In this document: in pieces, positions 37,001-48,865 of the stretch
Position numbering within the stretch: position 1 is the stretch's first letter
Layout of the letters: every line of letters begins with the position of its first letter
Assembly: GCA_051362555.1 (NCBI GenBank)
Contig: CM120642.1
Span: forward strand, 10,106,001-10,170,000
Direction: 5' to 3'
Source: Lingula anatina
Taxonomy: Eukaryota > Animalia > Brachiopoda
Length of the DNA: 64,000 nucleotides
Notes under the pieces: model-generated
Database searches by the model: none
Seen by the model: the letters and a program-made list of their open reading frames with translations, nothing else
What the model was told of the DNA's origin: nothing
Program-made: the position numbers and the translations under genes

Positions 37001-40000
37001 TAACTGTGAGTGGCCACGGGCCTGCACTTTGTAAAATTAGATATCAAAGGGACACAAAAAAGGTGACATTGTAGTTGGTGACATGCTTTAATAGGCTCTG
37101 AAATAATGTTCTCATTTGGCATGGAGTTGGGAGAACACCTTGTGACATTGGTGATAAATTGTCTGTACTGCTGGAGCGTTAAACAGGTACTTGTGTCTAT
37201 TTAACATTGAGTAAGGAAAGCATGTCAGGCAAGAAAGCAAACTGTCACTGAGATGGTTTATTAAGAGAATTTGTGGGTGGGATTTTTGATTCTATTTTTG
37301 TTTTTTTCTGCAACACCCAAATAGTTTCTAAATGTTCACACACACAGGTTTGATCCATTGTGAAGGTTCTGTATCTTTTAGAGAAAACGTGTGCCAAAAT
37401 TTACATACAAGGCAGGTACATGTGTATAAGTTTCAGTGATAAGTGGTCGAAATTAAAAAGAAATCATTAGTACAAATGCTAGTTATGGTAAGTGCCCTGT
37501 AAACAAACCAGTTTATGAAGAAATGTTGGACACAAAAGATTTGTACTGCCATAGAAAATTGGTAATTTAAGTCTCAAAACTATTGTATTTTTCATTTGGG
37601 TGTTTACTCCTGGTATGTTACAAGATGAATGATAGAGTAGTGTTGTAAATATTTTTTATAATTTTTTCTTCCAGTTGGATGGTTTTTCCTGTCCCCGTAT
37701 AGCAGCACAACTAAAGGACACTCAGGAATCCTTGGCACAGGCACAAGCAGAAATAGGTGAGATAATACTGAAAAATTATATAAATTGTAAATAATTGGGT
37801 GATTCAGGTGATTTTCTCTGAAACACATTTACATGCACTATTTACATTCACAAGTTCAATATGTTGGCCCTATAATGATGCTTTGTAGAATGTGTTCTTG
37901 CATGTGTGTGTTAACAGTTCTGTGGATTTTGAATGAAATTTTAGGAATTTTTCTTTGAAAAGGGTTTGCACTTTTGAACCCCACGCAGAACTCAAAAAAA
38001 GATATCTAAAAACTAAAGCCTTTTGATGCAGGCCTGTGACCAGGGGGGTTTGGAGGGTGGGGGGTCAAAAGAACGGCTCCTTTTGTCAGAAAAAGATCCA
38101 TTCAGGGTAAAATTTGGTATAGGTACACAAAGGTTTCATTATAAAAGGTCCACTTTTCCAGAAAAAGAACCCCCCTTTTAAAATTGCTGGCTAAAATTGT
38201 GATATATCCTTACAACATGGTGTAATGACATATATTGGACTTAAACAGAAAGCTATAGTCTGCATGAGGGTGGGGCAAAGTGACCTGATCTGAAAATGAC
38301 ATGCAACTTAACAGTTAGGTCCAAATTTTTCCTGCTCTCATGTATAAACTAATAGACCATATCTGTTAAGCCTTGTACTGTGAGTTCTGTGGGTGAAAAG
38401 GACTTTTATTTATATCCCAGGCTGGGGCCATATATGGTTTGTATTGATGGCCAAACATGTATAAATACTTTTATTTAATAACCAGGATGGACTAAGAAGT
38501 CCTGTTTTTTATAATTTATTTTGTATGACTGATGAAAAATGATTCAACTGTTGATGAGCTGGTAGAGATGTAAGGTCTGTTTTGACTAGAACATTTTTTT
38601 ACCGAGAACGAGATGACCAAGTAACATATAGGCAGGCTTCATTGAGCCTTGGACTAATCAAGTTTCAGATTAAATGGTCTGAGACCCATATCGTAAACCT
38701 TTTGTTAGCTAACAACTTCTTCTACCTAACAGAGCACCTATTCTAAATCTCTATTTCAAATCAATAGGTAAGTTTAGCAAACAGCATTTTAATAACAATA
38801 GTAAGCTTGAGATGTCAGTGAAACCAGCCCAACAAGTTGCCCCAATCATCGGTCTGCTTATAAGTCCTTGTCTGTGCAGTTCTTTGATCTCTTGTGCCCC
38901 TTCCACAATACTACTAGAGGAGCTGACAGTGGTCCAGTGTAAAATGGATATTTAATTTGAGGACGAGTTCAGTCTAGGCAAGAATGGTGCCAGAGGATTC
39001 TGCTTGAGGCTAAGTGCGTCATTTTGCCACTGAATCTATGGAAGCTGCTGACATTACACCTGATTTACAGTGTGCAGATTCACAATGTTCTCAGTCCTAT
39101 TAGGAACAGACCAGGTCATGTTCAAATGATTCGTAAGAGGATTTACCTGCATAACCTTATAGGAGATCCATTACAGTAATATGGTAAAAGTACAGCAGGT
39201 TTTTGTGTACTTGTTAGCTGGAGATGAGGGAACACCAGAAGAGGGTTAGAATTTTGAATAGCCTAAACAGGACTTCAGAAGTTGGTTCATTTCCAACAGG
39301 TCATGTTTGATGATATAAAATCACCAGATTGTTCTGTACATGCAGTCAAATGGTGTCATCGTTTTAATGTGCCATGGCTTTGGTGACAGGATCAAATTAA
39401 ATTGGTCAAAACACTGACTTGTTGGTGAATATGCTGCTCACTAACTTCTGCAATTTATATCATATGAAATGGAGCTATATTGTGATTCAATGCAATGACA
39501 GAGGATTATCATAGAAGATGTGGGAAGATAAGGGATTCATAAATACTGAATGGACAGAAGTCCCAGCTTGGTATTAAGTCTATATTGAACATCACTGAAG
39601 CAGAAATAATTTGTCACTATACCTACGAGTATGCGTTTAGTGTGTACTCATTTCATAGTGACCTAAGAGTCATTAAATACCACTGATGTCATGAGGATCC
39701 ACATTTGATGCCTTCAGGATCTAAAGTGTTCATATATTAGATGTAGTTAGAAAAACATTGAAGATCATCTGTGAGGGCACCTGATCCATTATGATTGATA
39801 GTATATTTCCCAAAACGGTATCTGTAGTTTTTGTGAAGGAATTATCTTGTCAGTTTTACGTGTTACTGTGAGAAAACTGAAAATTCCCTTTCCTTTTGAG
39901 GTAGATTAATTTTGGGATGTTTTAGATAACATACAATCACGTTCTATTCACTCATACGCTCTGAATTGAAGAGAAACCAGAGCATTTATCTGCAAGAAAA

Positions 40001-43000
40001 TGCTTTTTAGCGCACACTTTATACTGATGCTTATTGCTGAAGAAAAATGCAACATTGTTCACATATAAATATGGAAAGCACAGAGCATTATGATGTTGAG
40101 GCCCAACTGCCTACTAGAAGATCTTGGCTGGCCTCTCCTGTATCACTGATAACTATGGTTTATAAGATTCCATTAAGTCTTCTGTGGAGGGCTTGTTTAA
40201 ATGGAAAGGGTAAGATGCTTGGCAGACTATTATTACCTGCAAGTTTGACAATTACTTTATGGTTTCAAACATATTTGAAGGTGATTCTTAACAGTATACA
40301 AAAGTTTGGAAAGGCAAGTTGGGTGCACTGCAGAAGTGTGTGTGTGTGTGTGTTCATGCATGTGCACACACAAGCATGTGTGACTCTGGAAAATATAACA
40401 TCTGAGTGAGTAAGGTATTTGAAAATCATGAGTGATTACTCGAAATTTTCTAAGAAGGACCTTGACACACAGTTTTTTGTTTATCCTTAATGTGTGTACT
40501 CATTGTTTTTCAACTTTTTTTATGCTCTTCCAGCTGAATTGAAACAAGACAAATGCCACCTCCAGGATGAAGTAATCTCCCTGACCAAGCAACATGAGGA
40601 GAAGGTGGATTCCATGAAGGCACACCACACCAAGACTGTGCAGAACTTACGACAAACTGCAGAGGAAGACAAGGAGAGGGAAGTGCAGAGAAGTAAGTGG
40701 GTCTGTCTGTTTGTCTGTTAGTCAGTTTGTCCATTTTTTTCTTTACTTTAAACACATACAGATAATGTTTTGTCATTTAATGTACAGCAGAATACAATTT
40801 ACTTATTAGACTTGCAGTTTTTAAAGGTGGCAGGATATTAGGTATCTAACACCCCATTTCCATAGATTAGATCGACCTACTTTAGATCGACCTAACTCTC
40901 TGGGGGTTCACGCTAAATAGCTGTCAGCCGGGCGGACACGAAAGTTAATTATCCCCTTACAGCTTGTAGTAGGCGGGACGGACATTTAAGTCGGATTATC
41001 TGAAAGTAATCTAGTGAGACTCCCCGCGGGGATAGATCGATCTGAAATCTATGGGAATAGAGCCTAACTTGTAGGGAATCATGAAAAGCTGAAGTCAACC
41101 TTTTCTGATAGAATGGTTAATGTGATAGTTGTGATTGTGTTCAGATGTGCTCATCAACCACAAAAGTTCTGAATCAGTTTAAACCCGGACAAAAAAAATC
41201 ATATTAAGTTTAAATGCATACTATTTTCTGTCACTGAATTTTTTTAAATATTTAGGCATTTTTGGTAAGAGAAAGTAATTTGACTGACTGATGAATTTAT
41301 ATTAGTGCATAGATATAATTGGCACACCTTATCTCAGTGTTGTACCTAGAATAGATATTTGTAAATTATGTCTGATTTCATAAAAGGTATTTCGCCTTAT
41401 TTAAATGTTTAATGTAAGCAGCCTTTTTCTAAAATTTTATATTTTTAAATATTTGTTGTCCAGTAATTGACCAGCACTCCCATGAGGTGACCACACAAAG
41501 GGCCTACCATGAGCGAAGAGTGGCCGAACTGACCGCTGAGTATGATCAGAAACTGAAGGAAGTCCAGGACAAGAACCAAGACATACTGGAACAGATAAAA
41601 ATTGAACAGCAGGAGCAAATACAAGGTGAGATGTTGGTTCAGTTTCAGATACAATAGCTTAAAAACAAGGGTACACTGTGTTAGATCTTGTTCTGTCATG
41701 TCTTAGTCCACAACTGTAAGTTTATCTCAGAGAAGAATTATGGTAATTACTCCCAACATTTGAAGAACATTGAAGGTATTCTAATAAAGATGAACTCAGA
41801 AACTATGCTCATGCCAGAAACTATGATTTGTAAATGGAAATCATAGATCTTGAGAAATGAAGTTAGTGTAAACATTATTGTAAATGAGGCATTTAATTTT
41901 TATTTGTGTGTGTGTGTGTGTGTGTGTGTGTTTCGAGGTCATCTTTAATGCTATAAAGAAAGGAAAAAAAAACAGACTGAGAAATATTAGTCTTTTTTTT
42001 TTTGTCTTCTTTAACTTTGTACAGCTGTATCAGTGATGATTTGTCACCCACACTCAAATGTAACAGCTATCCCACAGTATGTGCATAGTACATTAATAGA
42101 ATAGTGTATTTTATGTAAAGTATTTGTAGCAGTTTTATACTGGAATGTGGAAACACAATCTGTGGTAAAAATAACAAAAATACTGGATGCCAGATTTGTG
42201 TAAATTTGGTAGGCATAAGCAGTATATTTACTCAAAGGACAATAAAAAAAGCACACAATGTCTTCATAATTCTATGAAGAAAAATAACAAAAACAATACA
42301 TGTCAGATTTGTTTTAATTTGCTGACATATATGTTTAGGCAAGGAAGGATAAAAAAGCACACCCAGACTATCAAACTATTAACAATGAAAATACCTCTGA
42401 ACAACAAAAGCAATGGCATAAATACCTTCAGTTCATTTGGTTGATTATATTTCATGCAGTGTTGAGAGTAAAAACTCTGATTGAATGCTATATTGACTTT
42501 GAATTATATATAAGCCCCATGTTCCTTGTTTGATGTAATTTGAGCAATTGACCAATAGGCAATGTCTATAAAACCACTACTCCCCTGGACCAATTGATTG
42601 TACTCAGCGGGAGTTCAATCACTATTCATTGAGGCAAGGATTTGTAAGCTGTGTACAAAAAGATGAGCTGGGATATGTACTGTATCCAGTGAAGAGAATC
42701 AGAGTGTTTGTTTTTCAAGATGGAATAAGGGAAATGGTGCTTTGCAAATATGATAATGTACTGTATATAGCAACTTGTGCATTTCTACTGAATTGAAAGC
42801 AAGTGCCAGTGTAACATCTTGTGTGTTGTTGTATTTTACAAGGTTGTCATGTTAAGTACTTTCATAGATCCATTGTACAATGTTCTGGTCATTTTGAGTT
42901 GGTATTTATCAATTTCTTTGTACATTAGTTTGTATCTCTGTAACTTAGACCTGACATTAAAAAGTGTGCAGGAATAGAAGATATGTATTGTACTTAAATC

Positions 43001-44271
43001 AGGAGGAGATCTGAAAATTATACTGATGGACTTAATTATTTAAAAGCCTATTGTGTGGAGCTCTAAGTCAGGATCCTTTGGCGGGATAGGAGGCGAGTCT
43101 CAAAAGGATTTTAAATTCTCATCATAACAACAGACAGTTTTGGCAGCGCATATTTGTCTACACTGGAATTGTTGCAGTAACAGCAGGCAGCTCCATTTTA
43201 CACAGCATTGTGACAGTAACAGCAGGCACTTTACACAGTAACAGCAGGAGTTCCACTACGTTACCAAGTTACAGTGGGTGACGAGGATGTGGAACTAGGC
43301 TGATACTGTGTTATACTGTACTAATAGTGGCGTGGTAATAATTATACACAAATAAAATTGTGCCAGAGGCTATGGCATATGAATATTGTCCTAGGTGGTG
43401 AACAGACAGCTACAGGCATACAATATACATTCAGTATATCTATCTATATACATGCAGAGTATTCTATATGGTATACCAGTACAACAAGCATCTATATTAT
43501 GGAACAGCTGTACATATTACCTCCTCAGATGAACAAATGTCATGAATAATTTGTACAGTGAAGATGTACGAAAAATTTGAAGACAGTTCTCTGTGAATTA
43601 TTTACGAATGATATTATCTACATGGTATTGTGAAGCAATGGTTTAACATGTGGATGGAGGAACAGAGTGGAGGAAAATATACAATTCTGGTAGTCCTAAA
43701 CTCTGGTCTGTGTATGTACTGAGAAACTATGCAGTTGACAGTATTTTAAGTTTGACACACCGGGAATCAGCAGCTTTGGGTTTTCCCTTGGAAATATCTG
43801 TGTTCAGGAAATCTCACTTCTGAGAGTGAATTATTTTTCAATACTCTGGCAAATATGGCAAGCAAAAGAAGATTTGGAAGTATACTTGAATCATTCAAAG
43901 GTTATACATTCAAAATTCAGTGTTTTGTGGTTAAAATGTTGATAATATAAGTGCATAGGTGGCTATTTTCCTTCTGAACACACTTTTTTTACTGTATTTT
44001 TTAACTGTTTTCACTTCTTTTACTGACGTGAAAAACCTTGGTCCATGACTTGGTCCATGACTTGGTCCATTACTTTTCAAAAGGCTCTGCCTTGTTATGA
44101 ACTAAATAGGGATATGACAGTTTTGTTTTCTGGGGTACATTTTAGTATTATTTTTACATTTATTTTTCCAGAATTACAGAGAAATCATGAATTGAGACTA
44201 GAAGAAATCACAAACAAGTTTGAAGATATCAAATCCTCTCTACTTGTAAGTACATGTATATACTCTGTTTT

Positions 44272-44318
<47 letters not shown>

Positions 44319-45761
44319 AAATATTAATTTAAGAAGTTTTGAAAATTAATCAAAAGAAAATTTTGAGAATCATTGAAGCACTTAGATCAATATGACTATA
44401 CTGATTTCCTAAAATATTATGTTTGCATATCATGTCAGTTCTTTTTCAAGTAAATGATGCTAAATCATTTGGTATAATTGCTTATTTTGTCCTTTTTTTT
44501 TTCAAATTTGCTTCACTCCAGAACAAAGTAGAAACCTTGCGACTAGAATGCGAGGAAATGCGTGAGAGGACAAAGGAATACGAAGAAGCACTGCAGCGCG
44601 ACTCTGATGTGAAGGTTGCCTTGGCTCTCGCTCCGTACAATCACTTGCCAGCCGAGATCGACAGTTTGAAGACCGTGATCGAGATGCGCAACATGGAGAT
44701 CCATGATCTAAGGAGACATAATTTAGAGCAGTCAAAACAGGTGAAAAGATTGTGAAAATAATTAAAGTGTGAAACCTGTCACAACAAAATGAGTAAAATT
44801 TAATGATATTTTTCTTTTGAAAGGGGACTGGTAGTTGGTTATGGCAAGGCTCTGTAATTTTTTGTAATTATCTAAGTAATGTTATATATGATAAAAGACT
44901 ACTTTGAGCTATAATATTTAAATCACCAGTTGGTTTATAGGTAAGTTAAATTGGTAAATGTGTATTCAACTTGTGTTTAACAGTTCAAATTTTAAATTAT
45001 TTTCATTATTAATCCTTTAGTTGGAGGAACTACAAATTGCTAAGGAGAAGAACATCGCACTGGAACAGAAAATTGAAAACCTAGAAGCTATCATAAATAT
45101 TAAATCTGACTACGAAAAGTAAGTTTGGAAATCATGTATACTGTACAACAAATAGTTAAACAACAATGCATCAGCTTGAAACTTATGTTTTCAGAACATT
45201 GTTTAAAATTAGGAGTAACTTCCAAGCAACCATTATAAAGCAGTGTGTTTTTATATAAGATGATCTTTATAGGGATAAATTATGCAATGATATGCATTGC
45301 CAGTACTCGATAACATGGAGGGTTTGCAGTAAAGTTTTATCTGGGTCATATTCTGTTGCAGACAACTGTCTGAGAAACATCAAGTTCTCATGAGACGATA
45401 CGATCGTGAATCAAAAGCAAACAAACGCCTGTCAATGGACAAGGAGGAACTTGTGTGGCGTATTAGTAACAGTGATCTCAGCCAATCAGTGGACTTTGGC
45501 AGCAGTGGAAATGTACGACGGCAAATCAGTCGTTCTCCTACCAGCAGCGAGCCTGGGACACCAGATGGCAGCAGGCGTCATGCAAGAAAATCCCCACTAA
45601 GCACATCGCCTGCTGGCAGTGACTTTATTTGCTCTCCCACACATCGCACTAGTCACAAGAGGAGATCTGGGTCACACATGAGTGACGATCACTCACGGCC
45701 CACGTCATCTGCTTCAGAAATGGATGAAGAGAGGGATGATCTCAAGTTCCAAACAATGTAA
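5310..45761 (+). CDS. MTUS1: MTUS1/MTUS2/toucan-family microtubule-associated coiled-coil protein, 5'-partial; join(5310..5561,9257..9350,9522..9663,9913..10066,10558..11445,11707..11792,13009..13159,15096..15212,35125..35366,37675..37756,40534..40692,41464..41625,44172..44245,44522..44740,45021..45118,45362..45761)
   Basis: All 16 exons have AG/GT boundaries and compatible phases (3320 nt, about 1105 aa to the TAA). Order is acidic N-terminal part, Lys/Ser-rich basic region, then C-terminal coiled coil. Family motifs: RLEALCEQRTKEL...GFDAMTVTVRYLTEELDGFSCP and ESKANKRLSMDKEELVWRI (compare vertebrate MTUS1 ESKVNKRLSMENEELLWKL, from memory). The symbol denotes the family; MTUS1 versus MTUS2 is not resolvable for an invertebrate. 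Confidence 0.85.
7981..8820 (+). mobile_element. Non-autonomous Helentron-associated element (HINE/DINE-1-like)
   Basis: 5' subterminal AGGATTCCCC (7983-7992) with adjacent inverted copy; inverted copy GGGGAATCCT at 8779-8788; 3' hairpin ACTGGCTTAAGCCAGT (8794-8809); CTAG end; sits in a (TAT)n tract; internal TGACCTTGACC motifs. Confidence 0.7.
8820..8870. repeat. (TAT)n microsatellite
   Basis: Direct reading. Confidence 0.95.
9257..9350 (+). CDS. MTUS-like exon (DSTFTAATSS...DELKVTG), phase 1-2
   Basis: tttctttag acceptor, GG|gtaagt donor, phase fits both neighbours. Confidence 0.75.
9522..9663 (+). CDS. MTUS-like acidic exon (ASSELEMKKE...VSVPN), phase 2-0
   Basis: ttatttcag acceptor, AAT|gtaagc donor; lies within ORF 9475..9714. 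Confidence 0.78.
9913..10066 (+). CDS. MTUS-like acidic exon (NETEQEPLQ...ETTQDE), phase 0-1
   Basis: ttttgtttag acceptor, G|gtaact donor, open acidic frame. Confidence 0.78.
10558..11445 (+). CDS. MTUS-like large Lys/Ser/Pro-rich basic exon (putative microtubule-binding region), phase 1-1
   Basis: cttttag acceptor, CAAG|gtaagg donor; covers most of ORF 10605..11534. Confidence 0.85.
11707..11792 (+). CDS. MTUS-like exon (EKPSNKLTQ...SDTSQ), phase 1-0
   Basis: gtctag acceptor after a pyrimidine tract, CAG|gttagt donor. Confidence 0.7.
12353..12373 (+). CDS. Candidate 21-nt symmetric microexon encoding RPKRRRR
   Basis: ttcttttgtaatag|AGG CCC AAA AGG AGA CGA AGG|gtaatt; phase 0-0 inside a phase-0 intron. 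Confidence 0.45.
13009..13159 (+). CDS. MTUS-like exon (MSTVSVTAS...KMSPA), phase 0-1
   Basis: cctttcag acceptor, CAG|gtaggt donor. Confidence 0.72.
15096..15212 (+). CDS. MTUS-like exon (ESRRGASTT...NKKPL), phase 1-1
   Basis: atattttag acceptor, A|gtaagt donor. Confidence 0.78.
   Translation, partial: NPEEVQVLQPAQGKLPQKLLERKQKQDHRAQPPVIRNH
25854..26067 (+). CDS. Candidate alternative first coding exon of a short MTUS-like isoform (MGPHNRMQ...DNNNVQK)
   Basis: ATG-led 71-codon hydrophilic frame ending in a perfect A|gtaagt donor; phase 1 matches the acceptor at 35125. Confidence 0.55.
29217..29560 (+). pseudogene. THAP domain fused by deletion to the C-terminus of a DDE_Tnp_4-type transposase
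   Basis: MPQYCCVPEC...GHNFLEDSGLRLK*RVA (conserved W mutated to TGA at 29301), then HVNTPSMLKGQLQL and, in a shifted frame, VASKRIHVKRLIDLGKTYKVL. Confidence 0.8.
29717..30260. repeat. Two-copy diverged tandem duplication (about 240-300 bp unit) inside the ISL2EU element
   Basis: agataatttatttgt...tgcaatttctcagccaatgg...aaaaagcag..aaaccaaat occurs from 29717 and again from 30012. Confidence 0.8.
30497..31693 (-). pseudogene. YqaJ/lambda-exonuclease-like ORF2 of ISL2EU, spliced, with SAP-like N-terminus; decayed
   Basis: ERQWRITASRFG (about 30852-30890) and YYTKLEGQMFITNRPFCYFVVFT (30497-30733 ORF); first exon from ATG 31693 to a gtatgt donor after 31593; internal stops. Confidence 0.78.
34005..34061. 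repeat. (TG)n microsatellite
   Basis: Direct reading. Confidence 0.97.
35125..35366 (+). CDS. MTUS1: MTUS-like exon, start of conserved coiled coil (EISRLEALCEQRTKELNLLKLELK...GFDAMTVTVRYLTEE)
   Basis: ttatttcag acceptor, GAG|gtgagg donor; family motif. Confidence 0.88.
37675..37756 (+). CDS. MTUS1: MTUS-like exon (LDGFSCPRIAAQLKDTQESLAQAQAEI)
   Basis: ttttcttccag acceptor, G|gtgaga donor, phase 0-1. Confidence 0.85.
38029..38192. mobile_element. Decayed short MITE-like repeat (CAGGCC..G..CCAGG terminus)
   Basis: GC-rich start caggcctgtgaccagggggg, end ctggcta; internal inverted G/C runs. Confidence 0.4.
40534..40692 (+). CDS. MTUS1: MTUS-like coiled-coil exon
   Basis: ctcttccag acceptor, A|gtaagt donor, phase 1-1. 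Confidence 0.85.
40851..41063. mobile_element. MITE with imperfect TIRs
   Basis: ccatttccatagattagatcgacct versus reverse complement of agatcgatctgaaatctatgggaatag; CpG-rich island in a CpG-poor intron. Confidence 0.6.
41464..41625 (+). CDS. MTUS1: MTUS-like coiled-coil exon
   Basis: ttgtccag acceptor, AAG|gtgaga donor, phase 1-1; E/Q/K-rich frame. Confidence 0.85.
41905..41931. repeat. (TG)n microsatellite
   Basis: Direct reading. Confidence 0.95.
44172..44245 (+). CDS. MTUS1: MTUS-like coiled-coil exon
   Basis: tttttccag acceptor, CTT|gtaagt donor, phase 1-0. Confidence 0.85.
44274..44315. repeat. (TG)n microsatellite
   Basis: Direct reading. Confidence 0.97.
44522..44740 (+). CDS. MTUS1: MTUS-like coiled-coil exon (...EIDSLKTVIEMRNMEIHDLR...)
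   Basis: cactccag acceptor, CAG|gtgaaa donor; SLKxVxEMxNxxxH motif typical of MTUS1/MTUS2/CCDC69. Confidence 0.88.
45021..45118 (+). CDS. MTUS1: MTUS-like coiled-coil exon
   Basis: cctttag acceptor, AA|gtaagt donor, phase 0-2. Confidence 0.85.
45362..45761 (+). CDS. MTUS1: MTUS-like terminal coding exon (NKRLSMDKEELVWRI plus Ser/Pro-rich tail)
   Basis: ctgttgcag acceptor, family C-terminal motif, TAA at 45759-45761. Confidence 0.9.
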
Positions 45762-47822
45762 AACTGCAGTACTGTTCCCAATTATAAAAATGGAAGTCTG
45801 AATTTACTAGGATGTTTAAAACCAATGTTTAATCATGTGTGGAATTAATGTCTTCAGAAGTGAAATTGAAGAAAGAGTAAGATATTAAAATTTTATTTAA
45901 GGTAAAAGAACCTAAGTATAAAACAGTAAAACTTGGCATGTGTGATTTGATATTTTATCATCTGAAGTTTTGATACAAAAATTGTCAGAGAAATTGAAAT
46001 GATGTTAGATCCTTGAAATAAAGAGGTGAGTGCAGAGACTACATGGACAACAGTACATCAAGTTAGACTTGGTAAATCCAACAATAATACAATTTTAATA
46101 GACTTTGTTTTTGGTCACAACTACAATTTTTGCTCACCATGTACACGTACCAGTACATGAATGACCTAAATACAACATTTTTCAATCAGATAAAAAAAGA
46201 GAACTTTTATTATAATACAAAAAAAACAATTGAAATTGTTTGCTTTGTTTAAAAGGTGCTATGTGAACAAGTAAATTAGGAGAAGGAGAGAGACCATTTC
46301 CTTTTTGTGTAAAATAGTAGTACAAGTGAGTAAATGTCACAATATAGTGTTTTAACTGTAACATGACACCGTAATATGTATAAAGTTTTTTCTAATGAAT
46401 GGTATTACTGAATTGTACAGTGCATCTAGATTTGATTATTCAGCAGAGAAATATGGTAATAACCTTAAGTAAGCAAAAGGTGGGACAGATATTTTCCTGT
46501 TGCTTGATGATAATGGAGAAGGAAATGTATTATAAAGGGATTTGAATGTTATATTCATAAAATATTGAAAGCAGCTGAAATTGACCAGAAAATTTGTACT
46601 TATTTTTCGTTTCATCCTTGGAATTCTACATCTGTTTTTATGGATATTTTAAGGTTAATACTTGAAAATTTGCAAATCACAAATGTTCCTTTTTAGTCAA
46701 GTAGCTCTTGCTTTGGGAAAAATCAGCAGTAAAATCAGGGACATAGATATCATTCCAGAATATTACAAACAGTTCCAAACAGTGCTTTGAACTATAGATT
46801 GCACTTCATGAGTATGCTAGAAAAAAGCGCAAGCTATCAAAATACTTCTTTTAAATTACAGAATTGGGTAGCTTAAACTGTTATGTATACAACTCTACCC
46901 TTGAATGTACTTTTCAAAATAAAAGCAGGGAACTCGATAACTTTCAGTCATCAGTGTGACAATAATTGCCAAAGTGAGCATATATGAATATAATTAAACA
47001 TAAGTAGTGAATATCACACTCATTTTTCAACAACACGCAGGGTGCTTTTTTTTTTTTTTTTTTAAATTGCCCCTGTATATTCAGTAGCTGGTGTAGTACG
47101 GTGTTCTAAAAGCCCCATTTCTTTAAAAAAGCCCCATAAAAAATATTTTGATTTAAAGGCTGTATAAAGTGAAAGGTGTACAGCGTAAAAAAAAGAGAAA
47201 AGCTTAAGCAGCTACAATGAATCAGCAAAAAGCATTTTGTTATATTGGCACAAGGTTTGGATACTGCCATCTCTTTTATTTATAATCTTTTATGTTTATC
47301 TATTTTTCTTATACACATATGGCAAATGACAAGAGCAGGTTAAATGATATGAGACTGTAGCAATTATGTGCTGTATAGTAGCAGTTTGTTGCATGTTATG
47401 AATTATTTATATGTGACACTATTGTTGGCCTGACTAGAAATATTTTGTCAATGAAAGTATAATTTCCATGTAATAAAACTGTTCATCTTTTATTAATTAA
47501 AATATGTCAAATATATGGTGCCAGTGGGTTTGCTTATGTCTTTGTTCAGTGGCATGCTTGTTGGCTATACACTATACCCTTGTCATCTTAAATATTTAAT
47601 TGTATGTGAATATATACAATGGGGATGAATATTTTGGCCACAGATGACAAAATATATTTTTTTTTTATCACAGTAGTCAAAAATAAGTAATGCCATATCT
47701 GTACATTCAAGGTGATTCTTGGTCTGGGTGACCTTCAACTTTGACCTTTTGGGTTAGATCAGATCAGATGACCATTCACCCTTGACTCAGGTCTGATTGG
47801 TTAAGTTCAGAATCAATGTGCA

Positions 47823-48443
47823 CTTTGACTTTTTGTAGGAAGAAATAGTACAAGTCATATCATAAAAAAACTTTTCAGTAGAATGGATACTGAATTTTTC
47901 TTTTACACTGTTTATAACAAATGCTTTCAATAGATGCCTATAGTTGTACATTGTACAGTTAATACAGTGCAAAATGAAAAAAAAAACATACTGTAACATT
48001 GGTATATACACTGCATTAGCATATGTAAGATAGATAGTTCCATGGCGCTCAAGATATGTTATTATATGTTTCATAATCTTTAAATTACATATTTATTTTT
48101 CACTACAAAATAAAAAAATTGCCATTTTCAATGTTGTCTAGTTTTTTTGTTCATGAAGAATAAATGTTTGTCATATACATTAATTTGGTGTTGTTTTGTT
48201 GTTGATTTTAATTTTGTAAAAAAAAATTAAGATTTGAAGCAAAGGTTGCCACATAGACCTTTACAGTGAGTAGGGTTTTAAAAAGAAGAAAATGTAAATA
48301 CATACACTGCAACCACAGAAAACTTGTTTTAAAGTTTTTTATTGAAGTCCAAATTTCATTAAAATATCGGGGTTTCCCTGAAACTGTTGCCTCAATCTAA
48401 TCATTTAAAAGTCGTTTAAATTGTGCGGTTAAATATTTATTTA
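47823..48443 (+). repeat. Segmental duplication, copy 1 (paralog of 61441-62060)
   Basis: Near-identical over about 620 bp, from ctttgactttttgtagga to gtcgtttaaattgtgc.gttaaat. Confidence 0.95.
48159..48210 (+). terminator. Probable polyadenylation signal of the MTUS-like gene
   Basis: AATAAA at 48159-48164 followed about 20 nt later by a GT-rich tract (tggtgttgttttgttgttg); other AATAAA candidates exist upstream, e.g. 47472. Confidence 0.45.
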
Positions 48444-48865
48444 AGCTGCCTACATGTACGTGTGATACATGTAGTTTGAACCAGTGGAAATTTCTGAAGT
48501 ATACCTAATATTTTTCTTTTTAAATCTGATACAATATCATAGAAATCAAGGTGTCATTTTCTGAGATAATGCTGTCGCTTTAAAATACATTGGGGTAAAT
48601 TTGCTAACTCGAACTGATCTTTAACAGTTCTAAAGTCTATTTAATCAAAATAATCAGTAAATACATGTAGTACAGACGGTGCCAGAAAATTTGATATTAT
48701 AAGTAGTACAGTAGTAAAGAGGCGATATAATGCGGGCTCATCTCTCGTAAACTAAAAATTGTAAGACCAAACACTGCAGCTAGATTGTAGTTCAAACCCT
48801 GGTCGTCAGTCATGCCAATGACCATTATAACCAGTTTACTTAATTAGAAATCGAAACTTTATTTA

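Noticed and set aside
43175-44070. Short triple repeats cagtaacagcagg (43175-43248) and cttggtccatga (44037-44070)
   Set aside because: Ordinary slippage-type microduplications with no further structure.
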